The position numbers and the translations under genes were made by a program. Under the pieces are notes generated by a model. The model was not told where the DNA came from, searched no databases, and was given only the letters and a program-made list of their open reading frames with translations. 64,000 nucleotides of DNA, from the NCBI GenBank assembly GCA_002269645.1, contig NIVC01000157.1:557159-621158 (forward strand), read 5' to 3'. The first letter of the stretch is position 1, and each line of letters opens with the position of its first letter. Positions 13,173 through 26,202 of this stretch are shown here, one piece after another. The stretch is from Macrostomum lignano (Eukaryota).

Positions 13173-14125
13173 CTGTTCCCCGGACAGATTTTCCAAGAAA
13201 TCTAAATGCGCTATACAGATTGGCCGGGAGACAGTTTGCGCAAACAGCAACATACCTTTCATTAAACGAAATTAGAAATAAAAAAATTTTTTCATCGCGA
13301 AAATTTTCTAAGTCAAAATAATTTTGACACTTAGAGAAATTTCACATTTCTCAAGGGTCCCCCCAGAAAAAAATTTGGTTGTGGTTGTTGTTAGAGTTAG
13401 GGTTAGGGTTAGGGTTAGGGTTAGTGAGGTAGAACGAATGTATTGTATTGTTGTAGTTCATTCTATTATTAGCATTTGTTACTATAATTAGTACTAGATG
13501 GCATCTATTTATGTAAATAATGTGTATAATTAGTAACAATATCAACTATAAATAGATGCGTTTTCACCCCTAAAGATACTAGACCATCATAGTCTATGGC
13601 TATTTGTTGTATTATATTCAATCAAGTAGTTGAGCTACGAAATAGAAATGAGCTGCTGCTGCTGATGAATAGTTTATATCTCTAGGGGTGAAAACGCATC
13701 TATTTATAGTATCTATTTATACTAATTTTACACATTATTTACATAAATAGATGCCATCTAGTACTAATTATAGTAACAAATGCTAAAAAAATCGATTCGG
13801 TTTTTAGCGCAGCATATAGCTAGTCCAACAACCCCAACCCAACCACTTATCTGTTACAGCCTAGTTTAATTCTGGGGTACGCGCTGCGCTTGCTCGAGAA
13901 ATGTGAAATTTCTCTAAGTGTCAAAATTATTTTAACTTAGAAAATTTTCGCGCTGAAAATTTTTTTTCTCTATGGGGATGCCTGCTATATGAGGGATGCT
14001 TTCTATCTGGGGGATGCCTGCTGTATGAGGGATGCCTGCTGTCTGGGAGATGAATCTTTTTCATACTAATCTGTCTGGGGAACCGCGGTGTGATATCTTG
14101 GAAACTCTGCGTGGATAAACTGCAA
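12625..14125. repeat. ~1.5-kb nested imperfect palindrome (foldback-like)
   Basis: Inverted pairs 13275-13355/13893-13968 and 13469-13575/13680-13786, plus outer ccagacag-rich arms; (TTAGGG)4-5 at ~13397-13424. Confidence 0.75.
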
Positions 14126-15054
14126 GTAGTCTACTGTGTAAACAAACGACTCGTGTGATTATATTTACAGTATCGAGGTCGTGGAATCGCGGTAGCGACG
14201 CACTAGCAGCAATAACGAGCATTGTATCGATTCACTGATGCTTAGTATGATATATATTCCAGAGGATTTATATGCAGCGGATTTGCCGCCTTTGCCGCCA
14301 CCGACTGCAGCCTGTTGGTGAAACGTGAGAAGCAATTATCGATTTGGAGAGGATTGTCACCAAGCTGACTCGCTGGCACACGTGAGAGCGCAATAGACTG
14401 TGAGTGGGTATGGGACGTGGCGTAACGCTACACCATCGCGCGCAGCGTCTGTTGTTGTTGTTGTTAGAATGAGCGACTGAGCTGTAGAAAAACAACCTCG
14501 ATCTAAGACTTGGTGTGAGAGGGCGTGGGGTAACGCTACACCATCGCGCAGCGCCTGATGCTGATGTTGCTAATGACCATCGCATTGGTTTGACAACGGA
14601 TCCGACATACTGGAGGTGCATCGACAATCAATTTAATATTCTATACTGACTTAACACATACAAAGCATATATACTCATATTCACCTATTCATATATTCAC
14701 ATTCATATTAAAAAAATCATATATTCATATTCACCTATTTAGGAAATATTTTCAATAAAGGCTTTTCGACTAGACTGTTATAGTGCACGTGACAACCATC
14801 ACACTGGTTAGACAGTGGATCCAACATACTGGAAGTGCATTGACAATCAAGATAATTCCCTTTTAACCATGTCATTGTCAGATGCGAATATATATAACAT
14901 CTTTTAGAAAAGATGCCTACGTGCACAACATACAAGTGCACAAATTCGCAGAACTGATCATGGACCAGCCATAGTTTCATTGGCTGCAACAACTCAATTG
15001 ATTTGTTCCCTGCCCTAATTAACAAGGATAGCATAAATATATACAAAACTCTAT

Positions 15055-15340
15055 TGCATAAACCAATGTATATAATACTATACTCATTGGATCCAAGCCG
15101 ACGGTCATTCGGCTGGCCCGCTATAGTTGGGCGCCGACCAACATAATGTATAAATTTAGCCAGCGCTGGTCACCCCAAATAGAATGCATAAATGCAACCA
15201 CCGCTGGCCACCCCAAGCCGATGGCCATTTGGCTGGCCCGCTACAGTCGGGCGCCCCCCAACATAATGCATAAATTTAGCCAGCGCTGGTCACCCCAAGT
15301 AGAATGCATAAACGCAACCAGCGCCGGCCACCCCAAATGG
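15055..15340 (-). pseudogene. Degenerate fragment of the 3' end and intron of the MW..YG..W small-gene family, with a ~120-bp tandem duplication
   Basis: aaccaatgtatataatactatactcattggatcc...cggtcattcggctggcc matches 2947-3003 and 28993-29046. Confidence 0.55.
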
Positions 15341-16563
15341 AATTTGTCCTGCTATACTATAGCTGCTATACCGCTACAGTTACGTGGTTGGCATGGATGC
15401 CTGCGTCGACGTCTACAGTTGCATCAGGCCGGCCAGGCATTATGGCCAGCATCCAATCATCGACTGGCGGGCCAATCTGGATGAATACTATACATGCCGC
15501 TATTGCTATGAGGACGGCGTAGATACCTGCGCCGACATTAAAAGACCTTAGCCATAACTGCAATATAGAAGGACTCGATGACGTGGCCAATTATTGTTGC
15601 CAAATATGCTTATTTAGCCATTATTAGGCCTGGTAAATTTTGCCCAGGCCACAGAATACTATGCCTATCTATGTTTACACTATGTAATAAATAAATAAAT
15701 AAATAATAACAGATACATTCATATAGTGTCACTTATGGGAATTTTTCTATTTTTTTCCTGTATGCTCTGAGTCCTAAAACTCAAATTCAAAATCTATTCC
15801 AATGACTTAATGAAATAAATAGGTATATTTTTAATTTTTGCCTTGTTGAAGTCTATTCAATTTAATCATATAGTCATTTAATTCCAATTCTTTATTGCAA
15901 TATTGGCCAATAAATATACAACATGGCTTGGTTCTAGCATGCTAATTGACCACTTTGCTGTTCTCTATCATACTTTGTCTTTGACTTAGCTACATTTAGC
16001 CTTTTTTTATTAAAAGAAGAGAAGAATTGAAATTCAATATATAAAATGACAGACATTTGCATATAGTTATAATTATATCTATATTGGTGTAATATGCGAC
16101 ATTGTGACTATTCTGGTCTTGCCTTGAATCATAATAAACCAAACTATGTGCTAATCATATTTTAATAAAATATATTTTCTTCCTAATTAATTCAATAAAC
16201 TAGCATGTCTTGTATGCATATTGATATTAGAAAACTATTATTGATAATAACATCAATAATAAGTTGTTTGTCCATCACAAATACTCATTGTTTGAAATTC
16301 GACATTTATAGTTTATTTATACAATTCAAAGAAAAATAATATTAAAGCATAATATGGTTGTGGTCTGTCCTAACCAATATATTTAGCTTTATATTAATGG
16401 TGCTTATCTATACACATGACATAGATCATCTTTACATTGACCTAGTTAGTGGGCCAGATATTCATTTGTATGACCAACTATGTAGATCAAAGAAATTTTA
16501 GATCATAATGAACAGTTTAACTGTGCCAATTACAATTCATTCCAATTAGTAATTAGAGCATAG

Positions 16564-19500
16564 GTAAATTCTGAATTGCCGGTCGTCAGTTTATCCGCTG
16601 GTCCGTCTACAAGTGGTTTACTCGACGGTGTAGACGTTGGACCAAGCAGTGATTCCAATTTTCAAACTGCGACCAAGACAGTCAACAGTGAACGCCGCCG
16701 CGCTCAAACGGTGACCCCGGCATCGAACACCGAACGCCAATCGTCAGCTAAGTTCGCAACCAGGCCGACCAATGCCGCGCCTGAGCATGTTAGACCGTGT
16801 GTCGTCGAATCTGTCGACGAGTTGTACAACCCAGTCGAACAGAGACCATCTGGCGACGACCGTGTTCATCCATCGTCTAATAATGATTCGGTCGGCAACG
16901 GCATCGCCGATGCGACAATACTAAAGGCGCGCCAATTCCAAGGTAGTAATAATTCATCATTAAATTCTTCTACATTAGTATATAGTATCGCACAATATTA
17001 TTGTATACTTATCGACGTGTACTAATTACATGGTAAATGGATATTGTTTTATGCTTAAACAACCAACAGGCTATTTGACTGATCTGCAAAAAACAGCTAG
17101 TCAACTTGACAGTCTTGCAGAACAGCTTCGTCCAGACATGGAGACTAGCGACGTAGACATTGTCGATGTGACACGTGTACTCCGTGGTCACGTCGAATTG
17201 GCGTCTAAACAGCTGGTCCGTGCACTCGAGACGAGCATCAGTCAGGTCAAGCGTCCTGCTATCGGTAGACTGGCCAGCGCGGTACAACGGCACCAAGAAG
17301 TAGGAGAAGAGATCGCGGTTGGTAACGTCGTCGCGACATCAGACGACGAGATTGTTGCCAGCTTATTGGACGCGATCGAACAGTGTGCCAAGGACAATGA
17401 AACTGCAGATTCTGAGCAGCAAGGCAGAGTCATTGTCGTACCAGCACCGCCTGATAACGACCAAGCCGCCGATGTGTCGTCTGGTTCCGATGCCGACATT
17501 CAGGACGAAGTGGATGACAATGCGGGTGGTTCCGACAGCAGTGCGAGCGAGACTGATGATCCACTTGCCGTGATCGACTATGGTGAAGCACAGTCTATCG
17601 CCGAGGACATGACTAAGCGACTTGTCGATATTTGGTGGAAAATTAATAACAAGATCGAAGAAAACAAGTCGCATGTCCATCGTCGGAAACAACTGACCAC
17701 TGCGGTTCGAGGAACGCTTGACAAATTAAAACATAAGCTGGGCGTCAGTCTGGAGACTTGGTTAAATGCTCCGCACCAAGTTGCCACAGATTTGACAGAG
17801 ATGAAAACCCGCGGTGTCTGGCAAGCAAGTACCGCCGGAGTAAAAGCATGCCAATTACAGTGCATCCTAGCCGCAGTCAAGACTCTATTGGAAAATGAGT
17901 CTGATTTCGGTGCCATCACTGTAATTAGGGCACTCCGGTTATCGGAACCACCCAACGGCGTATTCACTGACGCAACAGATGACGTCACTACCGCGGCCAG
18001 ACTGTTACATGGAATAGCCAGCGGAGTAAAGAAGTTGCCCAGCAATCTATACCATCGAAAGACAGTGTCTGCGTTTCTAATACCTCGAATCGATGCTGTC
18101 TACGTAAGTACCTGTTTGTTTGTTTGTTTGTTTGTTTGTTTGATTATATTTTTGAAATTATAATCTATATTATGTGTAAATTAGAACTATAAACTATGAT
18201 TGTGCATATGATGGTGGTGATGATGATGATGATGATAAGAACGATAATGATGATAAGAACGATAATGATGATAATGATGATACATAAAGATGAATTTTTG
18301 CTTCTCTTATAATACACACAGGCGCAACTCGGACGAGTCAGCCGACAACAGGACAATCGGTACCATCTGAATGATGATGCGCGACAACAAAAATACACCG
18401 AGTTGTTCCTGTCTGTCGAAGAGTATGACCTCGTAAGAAACAGGCTACTGGAATTGGTTAATATGATCGAGAAACATTCCTGGTCAGATTTACCAACAGA
18501 AGGTGCCTGGTCCGACATTGCGCGGCTGGTCAATCAAACGAATTCTCCGCGAGGAAGATGGCGCGATTTCATAATGCCAATCAGTCGCGAGCTGGCATTC
18601 TTGGGCACTGCAATATTCCATAGCAATCGTGTATTGCCGTGGATCTATCTGTGTCGGCATCACCTCGAAGACGCGTTAAAAAACAAAGGCTCCAGTATGG
18701 ATACCGTCATAACGCGATTACCACCAAGCGAGGTGCCACACAAGCAAGGTTCGCGAGGCCGTGGTGCAACACTGTTGTCACCGAGACGATTGTGTAAATC
18801 GTTCATTCTATGGTGCGAAAAGTTTGTCACGCCTGCGCTCGAAGACCTAGATGTGCAAGTGCCCGATGAAATGCACTATATCTTCCCTACTTCCAACGGG
18901 ACGGCTCGAGTCACTGGTGACTATTCGAGGCTCGTGGTCGACGGTTCGGTTCGAGTGATTGGTCGCAAATACCGGGCCAGCGATGGATGGCGCAATCAAT
19001 TGTCTGCGTATGCGCGTTTTCATCCGGACCAGATCGAACAGGTGACGCATTTGTACGACACTTCGAAGCCTGTTGTCACCCGGTACTACGCCGCCGCAGC
19101 AATTGACGCAGCCCGACTCGAAATTGCTACCGACTTGAGGGACTGTTTCGAAAAGTTCGCCGTCAACCAAACTGGTGACGAGCGGAGCAAATCGAAATGC
19201 GCAAAAGTCCAACAGTCCATCTTGGATGCGTCGACGCTTGCGACAGCAATCGAGCAGCAGATCAGTGAGTCGGCGACGACGACGACAACGAAATCGGGAA
19301 GCAGACGACGACGACGAAGCGTTAGCATCGTATTGCCAGAGCAGCACGATCAATCCGACGTTGATACTGCACCGACTAAGACGTCTGGCAAATGTCGCCA
19401 CTCTCAATCGCTGTCGCCGCGTCCGCCATCGTCCGGCAAATGTCGCCTCTCTAAATCGCCGTCGCCGCGTCCGCCATCGTCCGACAAATGTCGCCTCTCT

Positions 19501-20274
19501 AAATCGCCGTCGCCGCGTCCGCCATCGTCCAGCAAACGTCGCTCATTACCGCCGTCGCCGCGCTCGCCGTCGTCTGGTAAGAGTCGTCTGAAATCAAACT
19601 CTCACCAGTTGGCGTCGACATTGTCATCGTCGTTGAGCAGAATGTCGCGATCCAAGTCGCCGCATTCGCCACCAACAAAAAAACGACGTGGTATTATCAA
19701 TTTGCCGAACGTCGATCTAGACGCCGACGATGATGAAGATGCTGACGAAGACGCCGATGACGACGGGGGAACAACTGGCTGTCAAAGAAGCGATGACGCG
19801 ACTCATACGCCAAATGTACAGACTAGCCATCGCCGCCGCTGTGACAACCGATCTGTACCTAAATCGGGGTCGTTGCTCTCCTCTGTACGTACACGCATTG
19901 GATCGAGCGTACCTGCCGATTTAAGTCGATTGGCTGCTAACGACGATGCTGACGATCGGCGATTAGTCCAGACGCGGTCGGAGCGGCGCACTCGTTTGTC
20001 TGGTACATCGACTGACAGTGCTACGTCTTTAGTGGCTGTTGATCAGTCGATTGCTGCGACATCGAATGTGCGATCATCGAGCAGGCGACGCAGATCACTA
20101 TCAACATCTAGTATGCGTTCGAACACCACCCGACGACGATCGCAGTCCGTTGATGCAATTGACTGCGTTGCGACTGGATCGCGTGGGGGTCGACCGGATC
20201 AACAGCAACCGCAACAACACAGGAGCTGTATTGTCACCCGATCAGGTCGTGTCGTTCGGCGCACAGATGCTTGA
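16564..20274 (+). CDS. Spliced tyrosine recombinase (YR)-like protein, >=1120 aa, with disordered Ser/Arg-rich C-terminus; 5' end not identified
   Basis: Exons 16564?-16942, 17070-18103, 18322-20274. Introns 16943-17069 (phase 1) and 18104-18321 (phase 0, GTAAGT..acacAG). YR pattern: HSNR (R at 18628), PHK (K at 18742), YIFPTSNG, DGWR (R at 18991), HLYDTSKPVVTRYY (Y at 19084/19087). AATAAA at 20278. Confidence 0.75.
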
Positions 20275-20989
20275 TTGAATAAAATATCTATTTTTTACCG
20301 ATTACGCCACATCACAATGGTTGTGTCCAACACAAACAAGGAAGTAATTAGGAATTATTTCTTAGAAAAACAAATTAAGCTTCGACCATGTGAAACGAAA
20401 TCGAAACTTATCATCAAGCCTCACTCAGTTGTAGACGCAACCATATGTGAAGGAATATATGTAGTATAACTGTACATAAAATTATGCGCGCACACGTATA
20501 TATATATGACTAGATGTACGTGTGTTTGTTTTCCTGTCACAGATTAATACGTACATGAACCATGTGTGTATATAGATTATTAGTGCGTTTATTATTGTTG
20601 ATTCATTGCAATGTAAATAGTATAGAGCGATTTAGCTTGATTGTGTGCGTTTCATACACCAAGATAATATCGAGCGCACTCTAACTAATATATTAATAAC
20701 AGTCTATCTAATAATGCAATATGCAAGCGAGAAGCAAGACCAATCGATTGGCTGGTGGATTGTTAATTACAAAAAAATATCGCGCTCGATATCTTCTTGT
20801 TTTTTTCTTTTTAATTACTATTCTATATAATGCGTTTAATTGTTTTATATCGATTTATAATCGTCGCCATATATGCTATTTATTGATTAATGTTTACGTA
20901 CTAGCCATAACATTAAGTTGTTGGTTGAATGTTTTGATAACGGATTGATTGAAAGATTAAATGGCTGATCGATTGGTCGATTTATTTAT

Positions 20990-21750
20990 TTTTTTTGTTG
21001 ATTGATTGGTTCATTGATCGATTGATTAATTTATTGATTGATTGTCAGTTCGGTCAGTCAGTCAGTCGGATAGGGTCAATCAGCTCAGCCAGTTCAGTTA
21101 GTCAGTTCAGTCAATCAGTTCAGTCAGTCAGTCCAGTCAGCTCAGTCATCTCAGTCAATCAATTCAGTCAGCTCAGTCAGATCAGTCGGTCAGCTCAGTC
21201 GGTCAGCTCAGTCAGCTCGGTTCAAACAGTCAGTCAGTTCATATAGCCAGCTCATTCAGTCAGTCAATCGGTTAGTCAACCCAATCAGTCGGCCATTTCA
21301 GTCAGCTTAGTTTAGTTTAGTCAGTCAGCTTATTTCAGCCAGTCAGTCAGTCAGTTCAGTCAGCTCAGACAACTCAGTTAGCTAAGTCAGTCAGTCAGTC
21401 AGTCAGCTTATTTCACCCAGTCAGTCGGCTCAGTCAGCTCATTAATCTCAGTCAATCAGTTCAGTCAGTTCAGTCAGCCCAGTCGGTCAGCTCATTCAGC
21501 TCAGTCGGTCAGCTCAGTCAGCTCCGTTCAAACAGTCAGTCAGTTCATATAGTCAGCTCATTACGTCAGTCAATCGATTAGTCAACTCAATCAATCGGCC
21601 AATTCAGTCAGCTTAGTTTAGTTTAGTCAGTCAGCTTAGCTCAGTCAGTCAGCTCAGTCAGTCAGTCAGTCAGTCAGTCAGTCAGTCAGTCAGTCAGTCA
21701 GTCAGTCAGTCAGTCAGTTCAGTCAACTCAGTCAATCAGTTCGGTCAGAT
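20990..21750. repeat. (GATT)n/(TCAG)n-derived compound satellite with internal duplication
   Basis: Direct reading. Confidence 0.9.
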
Positions 21751-22262
21751 TAATTATTCTAATTATTAATTAGCCTAATTTTTCTTGCCGATTATTCGAT
21801 GCGTTGCCGCAGTTACGATTGTTGACTGTTATTGTTGCTATTGATGTTGTTGTTGATACGGCTGCGGCACAGAATGGGGTCTTTTGACTAATTAATGGCC
21901 CAAACTTATAGTTCATAGATGTGCATATGAGCCAGCACGCGCGTACGAATCTGACTATACTTTTTTAAGAAATAACGCGGTGATGCGCAAATGCAAAATT
22001 GTTATTATAACTGATATTTGATACGTCGCAGTGTGATTTACGCAGTTAATGTTGTTTTATCCGGTCGTGTTATGCTTGTGATCATAGACAACACCAATTG
22101 TGCACGCGCGCTTGCTGAAACTATTGCAGTATAAACCCAGACAGTGCGTATACACAGTAAATGCATGAACGATACAGTTTAACGATAGTCTAGGGTCTCC
22201 CACTTCGTTTGGTTATAAAGAAGCAGACAAACTGACTAGAATAGAAGCGAACAAACTATTCA

Positions 22263-22310
<48 letters not shown>

Positions 22311-22321
22311 AGAATCAATTT

Positions 22322-22861
22322 ATGGATCAAATATTCAACAAATCAAACGACCGACCAAGCATGGCAGAACGGATCCCACCAGGTTTTCCTGTACATTTTT
22401 ACGGCGGCTATGAACCCGACGCAAACGACAATTATGTAAGGGACGACACTGGTGTTGAATATCCGCGTAGTCCTGGTGTCATCTTACTTGCGCCCGTTCA
22501 TCAAGCGCTATTGGTTCGCCTAGAGGTACCACAACTCGGCGACCTGCTGGATGACGACGGGACTACGATGAGTGACAACCCTGGTCTGCAGCCCACGTCG
22601 ATAGCTCTAGCAGCAGACATCCAAAATCTGCTAGACATCTTCGGCGAGCTGCGCGACTGGTTGCGTCAGTCACCATCTGCCGAACGAGCGCGGGTCGTCC
22701 GATTGTTGCTCGGCGTACAGCACGACAAGGCTCCGTCAACACAGGCCGTGTCTGATCTGCTGGGTCGTACCATTGGGCATGTACTGCACTTAAAGGCGCG
22801 CTATCAGCACATCATTGATGGCGGTGTGGCTGCCCATATGCGAGCACTCGGACTATTGTGA
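22322..22861 (+). CDS. Orphan single-exon protein (179 aa)
   Basis: GC-enriched ATG-to-stop ORF between microsatellites; a diverged paralog at ~33250-33545 retains QLGDLLDDDGT..LAA.IQNLL..FGEL..WLRQSP. Confidence 0.65.
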   Translation: MDQIFNKSNDRPSMAERIPPGFPVHFYGGYEPDANDNYVRDDTGVEYPRSPGVILLAPVHQALLVRLEVPQLGDLLDDDGTTMSDNPGLQPTSIALAADIQNLLDIFGELRDWLRQSPSAERARVVRLLLGVQHDKAPSTQAVSDLLGRTIGHVLHLKARYQHIIDGGVAAHMRALGLL

Positions 22862-22949
22862 TGAGCCGATTGATTGATTGATTAATTGATTGATTGATTG
22901 GTTGATTGACATATTACTTGATTGATTGATAGATTAGTTGATCGATTGG

Positions 22950-22980
<31 letters not shown>

Positions 22981-22981
22981 G

Positions 22982-23019
<38 letters not shown>

Positions 23020-23420
23020 AATTGGTTATTTAACACTTTCATATCAACAGACTCAAGTTGACTAGTTGCTAATTATCGTTATAATTGTGCACTTATCGTA
23101 TGTACACATGTAATAATATATACATGTGTTTACATGTGTACATCTGATTATGTGCCAGTGTGAATGTCCACGTCTGTGTGTGTACTTGTTTTTTTTACTT
23201 TTTATGTCAGTATGTGTTTATTGGTACTTATCTATACAGTTAAATACGATAGTTGAATCAACTTAATTTAAATTAACTTAAATATACTTGAATAAATGTA
23301 TACATTTGATTATTGTTAATCAACACTATACAAACAACATAAATAAACGAGTACACGGATCAATCGATCAAATAACATCCATCTGTACAAATTAAACAAA
23401 AAAGACAATAAACCGGTTGA

Positions 23421-24157
23421 TTATTCCTCATTTGGCATCTCACCGACGTATCGGCGGCGCCAAATTTCTTCTTTATGCTGTGCGGCAGCTACGGCTCTAC
23501 GACCATGCTCAATGTCACTGTCAGGTATTGGACCGTAACAGCGATCGTGAGCCTTCGCATGTACAGTATATAACTGCATGGCCCATTCGCGGGTAATGCG
23601 CCACATGTTATGATATAGTCTACAATTCGTTCGACAATTATGTCATGGTAGGCCTGTCTATGCACGTATGTATATTTATATTAATAAATTAAAATACGAC
23701 AGAGTTAAATACTCACACTGCTGGGATCGCCGGCGGTCTATCTAGGCCGTCATCATCGTCTTCGTCGACTACAATCGAACCAAAATTGGTAATGATTTGG
23801 TCCGTAGTAGCCGATTTAGCGGCGATAAATCGATCGCGCCAGCGCGATGCTTCGTGATTGGCTGTCGCGACCGTTATCTCGCATGACTCCTTGATGGCAT
23901 AGTGAAGCTCACCATACCGACCGCCATTGGCAGATAACGACTCTTTGCGTATCTGCGTGGCGGCTTCGACGGCCAGTTGCCACATAAAGAAGAAATACCT
24001 GAAAGAAATCAGTCGTTGTATCAATTGTAGCACATTGTTGTGTGAATTTATGCGTAACTCGTTAACAAGCCCGTATCATCTTATTATCGAACACTTACGA
24101 AATGCAGGACGTTACGTTTCGACCATCTTGTGTAATTTCGACGATCTCAACCGGCAT
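23421..24157 (-). CDS. 3-exon gene with two tandem copies of the MW..YG..W..R domain
   Basis: Exons 24099-24157, 23717-23998, 23421-23619. Both introns are phase 2 (GTAAGT/GTGAGT donors), with acceptors 13 nt before ATG-TGG exactly as in the 2807-3366 gene. Confidence 0.7.
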
Positions 24158-24621
24158 TGTGTTTGTTTGTTTGTTTGTTTGTTTGTTTGTTTGTTTGTTT
24201 AAAAGAAAAAAACATATAATTTTATTCAACGAGAGTTTAAGCAACGAATTATCAAAGATGAAAAAAGGCGCCGACTGATTGACGCTTGGGCTTTCAAATA
24301 GACTATTTAATAAGAACTGTCAATCAATAAAACTGCAAACCATAAACAATAGATAGTGCGCATAGACACGAGTCAGGTTGTATGCATATACGTTAGTTGT
24401 ATACATGTACAATGTGTATATTGCAAGTGAAGTCACGTTCGTCAATCTAGATAGTATAAATAATAAAAGTTCAAGTGTATTATGAATTTGTGTTTAAATT
24501 GAAACTATATTAAAATCTGAATGAACGCAACTTGTGTTTGTTAAATCATCAATAGTATACACAAGTCAGTATGATTACAGTAATCAATCAACAATACAAT
24601 AGACTGTTTGTTAGACGTTAA

Positions 24622-25674
24622 TTAATATGAACCAACGACGTAGCGATTGTCATCATCGGCAAGCCAGTTGTCATGTGAACAGTGTTTGCATACTGGCATC
24701 CTGACCCGCCTGCCATATCGGGTGAACGTGGCCTTAGAGACACCAGCTGAACAAAAAGCTGTTCGTCTAAGACGCTTGATCAATCTCGACATGGTCAGGT
24801 CGGATCGGCTAGCCGGTACGCCTACTGGTCCATCTAAACTGGCGCGCGTTCGACCGACACAGCCGGTTACGGGCGACGACGGCGGTGTGTAGCACATATC
24901 GCAATCTGAGTCCATAGCAGCAATAGTAGAGTGGCTACTTGTGCTCGACAGTGGCGTGGAACATGCCGCCCGATCTTCGTCGATAGCTGCAATCGTGGCA
25001 CAACTGTCGTCGGACTGGTGACCCATTGTCGTCATAGAATGGCTACAATCAACCGCGTCGATGTCTACCATATGTACATTGGCGACAGAATCGAACACGC
25101 ATTGCATTTCGTCGATGGCGCTGTCCGTTTCTGTGACTAGTACAACAGGCGACAAGTCGATGTCGTCTCGTGCTCGAGTGTGCTGCGTCGTTGTGGATGA
25201 CTCAATGTGAACAGATGTCTCAACGTGTTCAACCAATTGAACATCTGGACAATAGGCCGACACATCAACTTGGTTGTGCTCTACCGTACAGTCGATCGGA
25301 TAATTAACCTCCGTGTCAACCCCGGCGTCAAAGTCATACCCGACAATATAAATGTATTGACAATCTGGTCTTATATTGTCTGTCTGTATGGCCGTGTCAA
25401 CCAGGAGTCGACTATTTGGTCCGGTAGCAGCATCTACAGTGTCACACCGAATGTCACACTGTATACCAATATCGACAAGTGTCGGCCTCTGCTGGTCCGC
25501 ATGAGTCGAAGATGGATCAGTCTCCACATTCTCGTCTGACTGCGAGTGCGCCGACTGATCAGATGGGCTGTGTCCGGCAATTGTGTCAATGGCGGTTGCT
25601 TGTTTACGATTGCAACGCCTGCGGTGTCCAAATATGTCAACGACCGACTTGCCGCAGTATTGGCACGATTGCAT
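24622..25674 (-). CDS. Orphan protein (~350 aa) with an N-terminal C2HC zinc knuckle and acidic repeats
   Basis: MQSCQYCGKSVVDIFGHRRRC; C-terminal RRVRMPVCKHC; uninterrupted GC-enriched ORF in AT-rich surroundings. Confidence 0.6.
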   Translation of the reverse strand: MQSCQYCGKSVVDIFGHRRRCNRKQATAIDTIAGHSPSDQSAHSQSDENVETDPSSTHADQQRPTLVDIGIQCDIRCDTVDAATGPNSRLLVDTAIQTDNIRPDCQYIYIVGYDFDAGVDTEVNYPIDCTVEHNQVDVSAYCPDVQLVEHVETSVHIESSTTTQHTRARDDIDLSPVVLVTETDSAIDEMQCVFDSVANVHMVDIDAVDCSHSMTTMGHQSDDSCATIAAIDEDRAACSTPLSSTSSHSTIAAMDSDCDMCYTPPSSPVTGCVGRTRASLDGPVGVPASRSDLTMSRLIKRLRRTAFCSAGVSKATFTRYGRRVRMPVCKHCSHDNWLADDDNRYVVGSY

Positions 25675-26202
25675 GTTATCGTTGTCGTTTGTCGTTTGTC
25701 GTTGCTGTTGTGACAATACTATATTAAAACTATACAATATTAAGAATAACAAAACAATAAATCGGCTAATCTTTATGCGTAATTTTTTTGATTAAAATTA
25801 TTGAGCAATTTGCCGTCTGTCTATATGCGCTTGCCAAATTATAGGATTATGATACACTGTACGCATACATTGTCCATAGAGGATATGTCGTACTAAATTC
25901 ACTTAGTTTACTAATATATTCATAATATTACTTATTTTACTAATATATTTATAATAGTACAATTATTAGCAATATTATGTTATGCTTTTTTTACTATTTA
26001 TATATTTGAACTAGAAAAATCGATCGCATTATACGCGGACTATCAGTCTATGGCATAGATTGTCTACAATTGACATTTCAATAGTATTGCCGCATATACA
26101 ATTTCATCTGTGTGTATTCTATTATTCTATTCATCTGATTAAATTTACGCAGGTTGTCTCTGTTACCTAATCACGTTCAAATCTAATTTTATTTACAACA
26201 CA

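Noticed and set aside
13397-13424. (TTAGGG)n as a chromosome end
   Set aside because: Only 4-5 interstitial units within a palindrome.
16564-20274. Prokaryotic integron or prophage interpretation of the YR
   Set aside because: The gene has spliceosomal GT-AG introns and an AATAAA signal, and sits among eukaryotic TEs.
20995-21246. S/Q/V-rich ORF
   Set aside because: Translation of a TCAG satellite.
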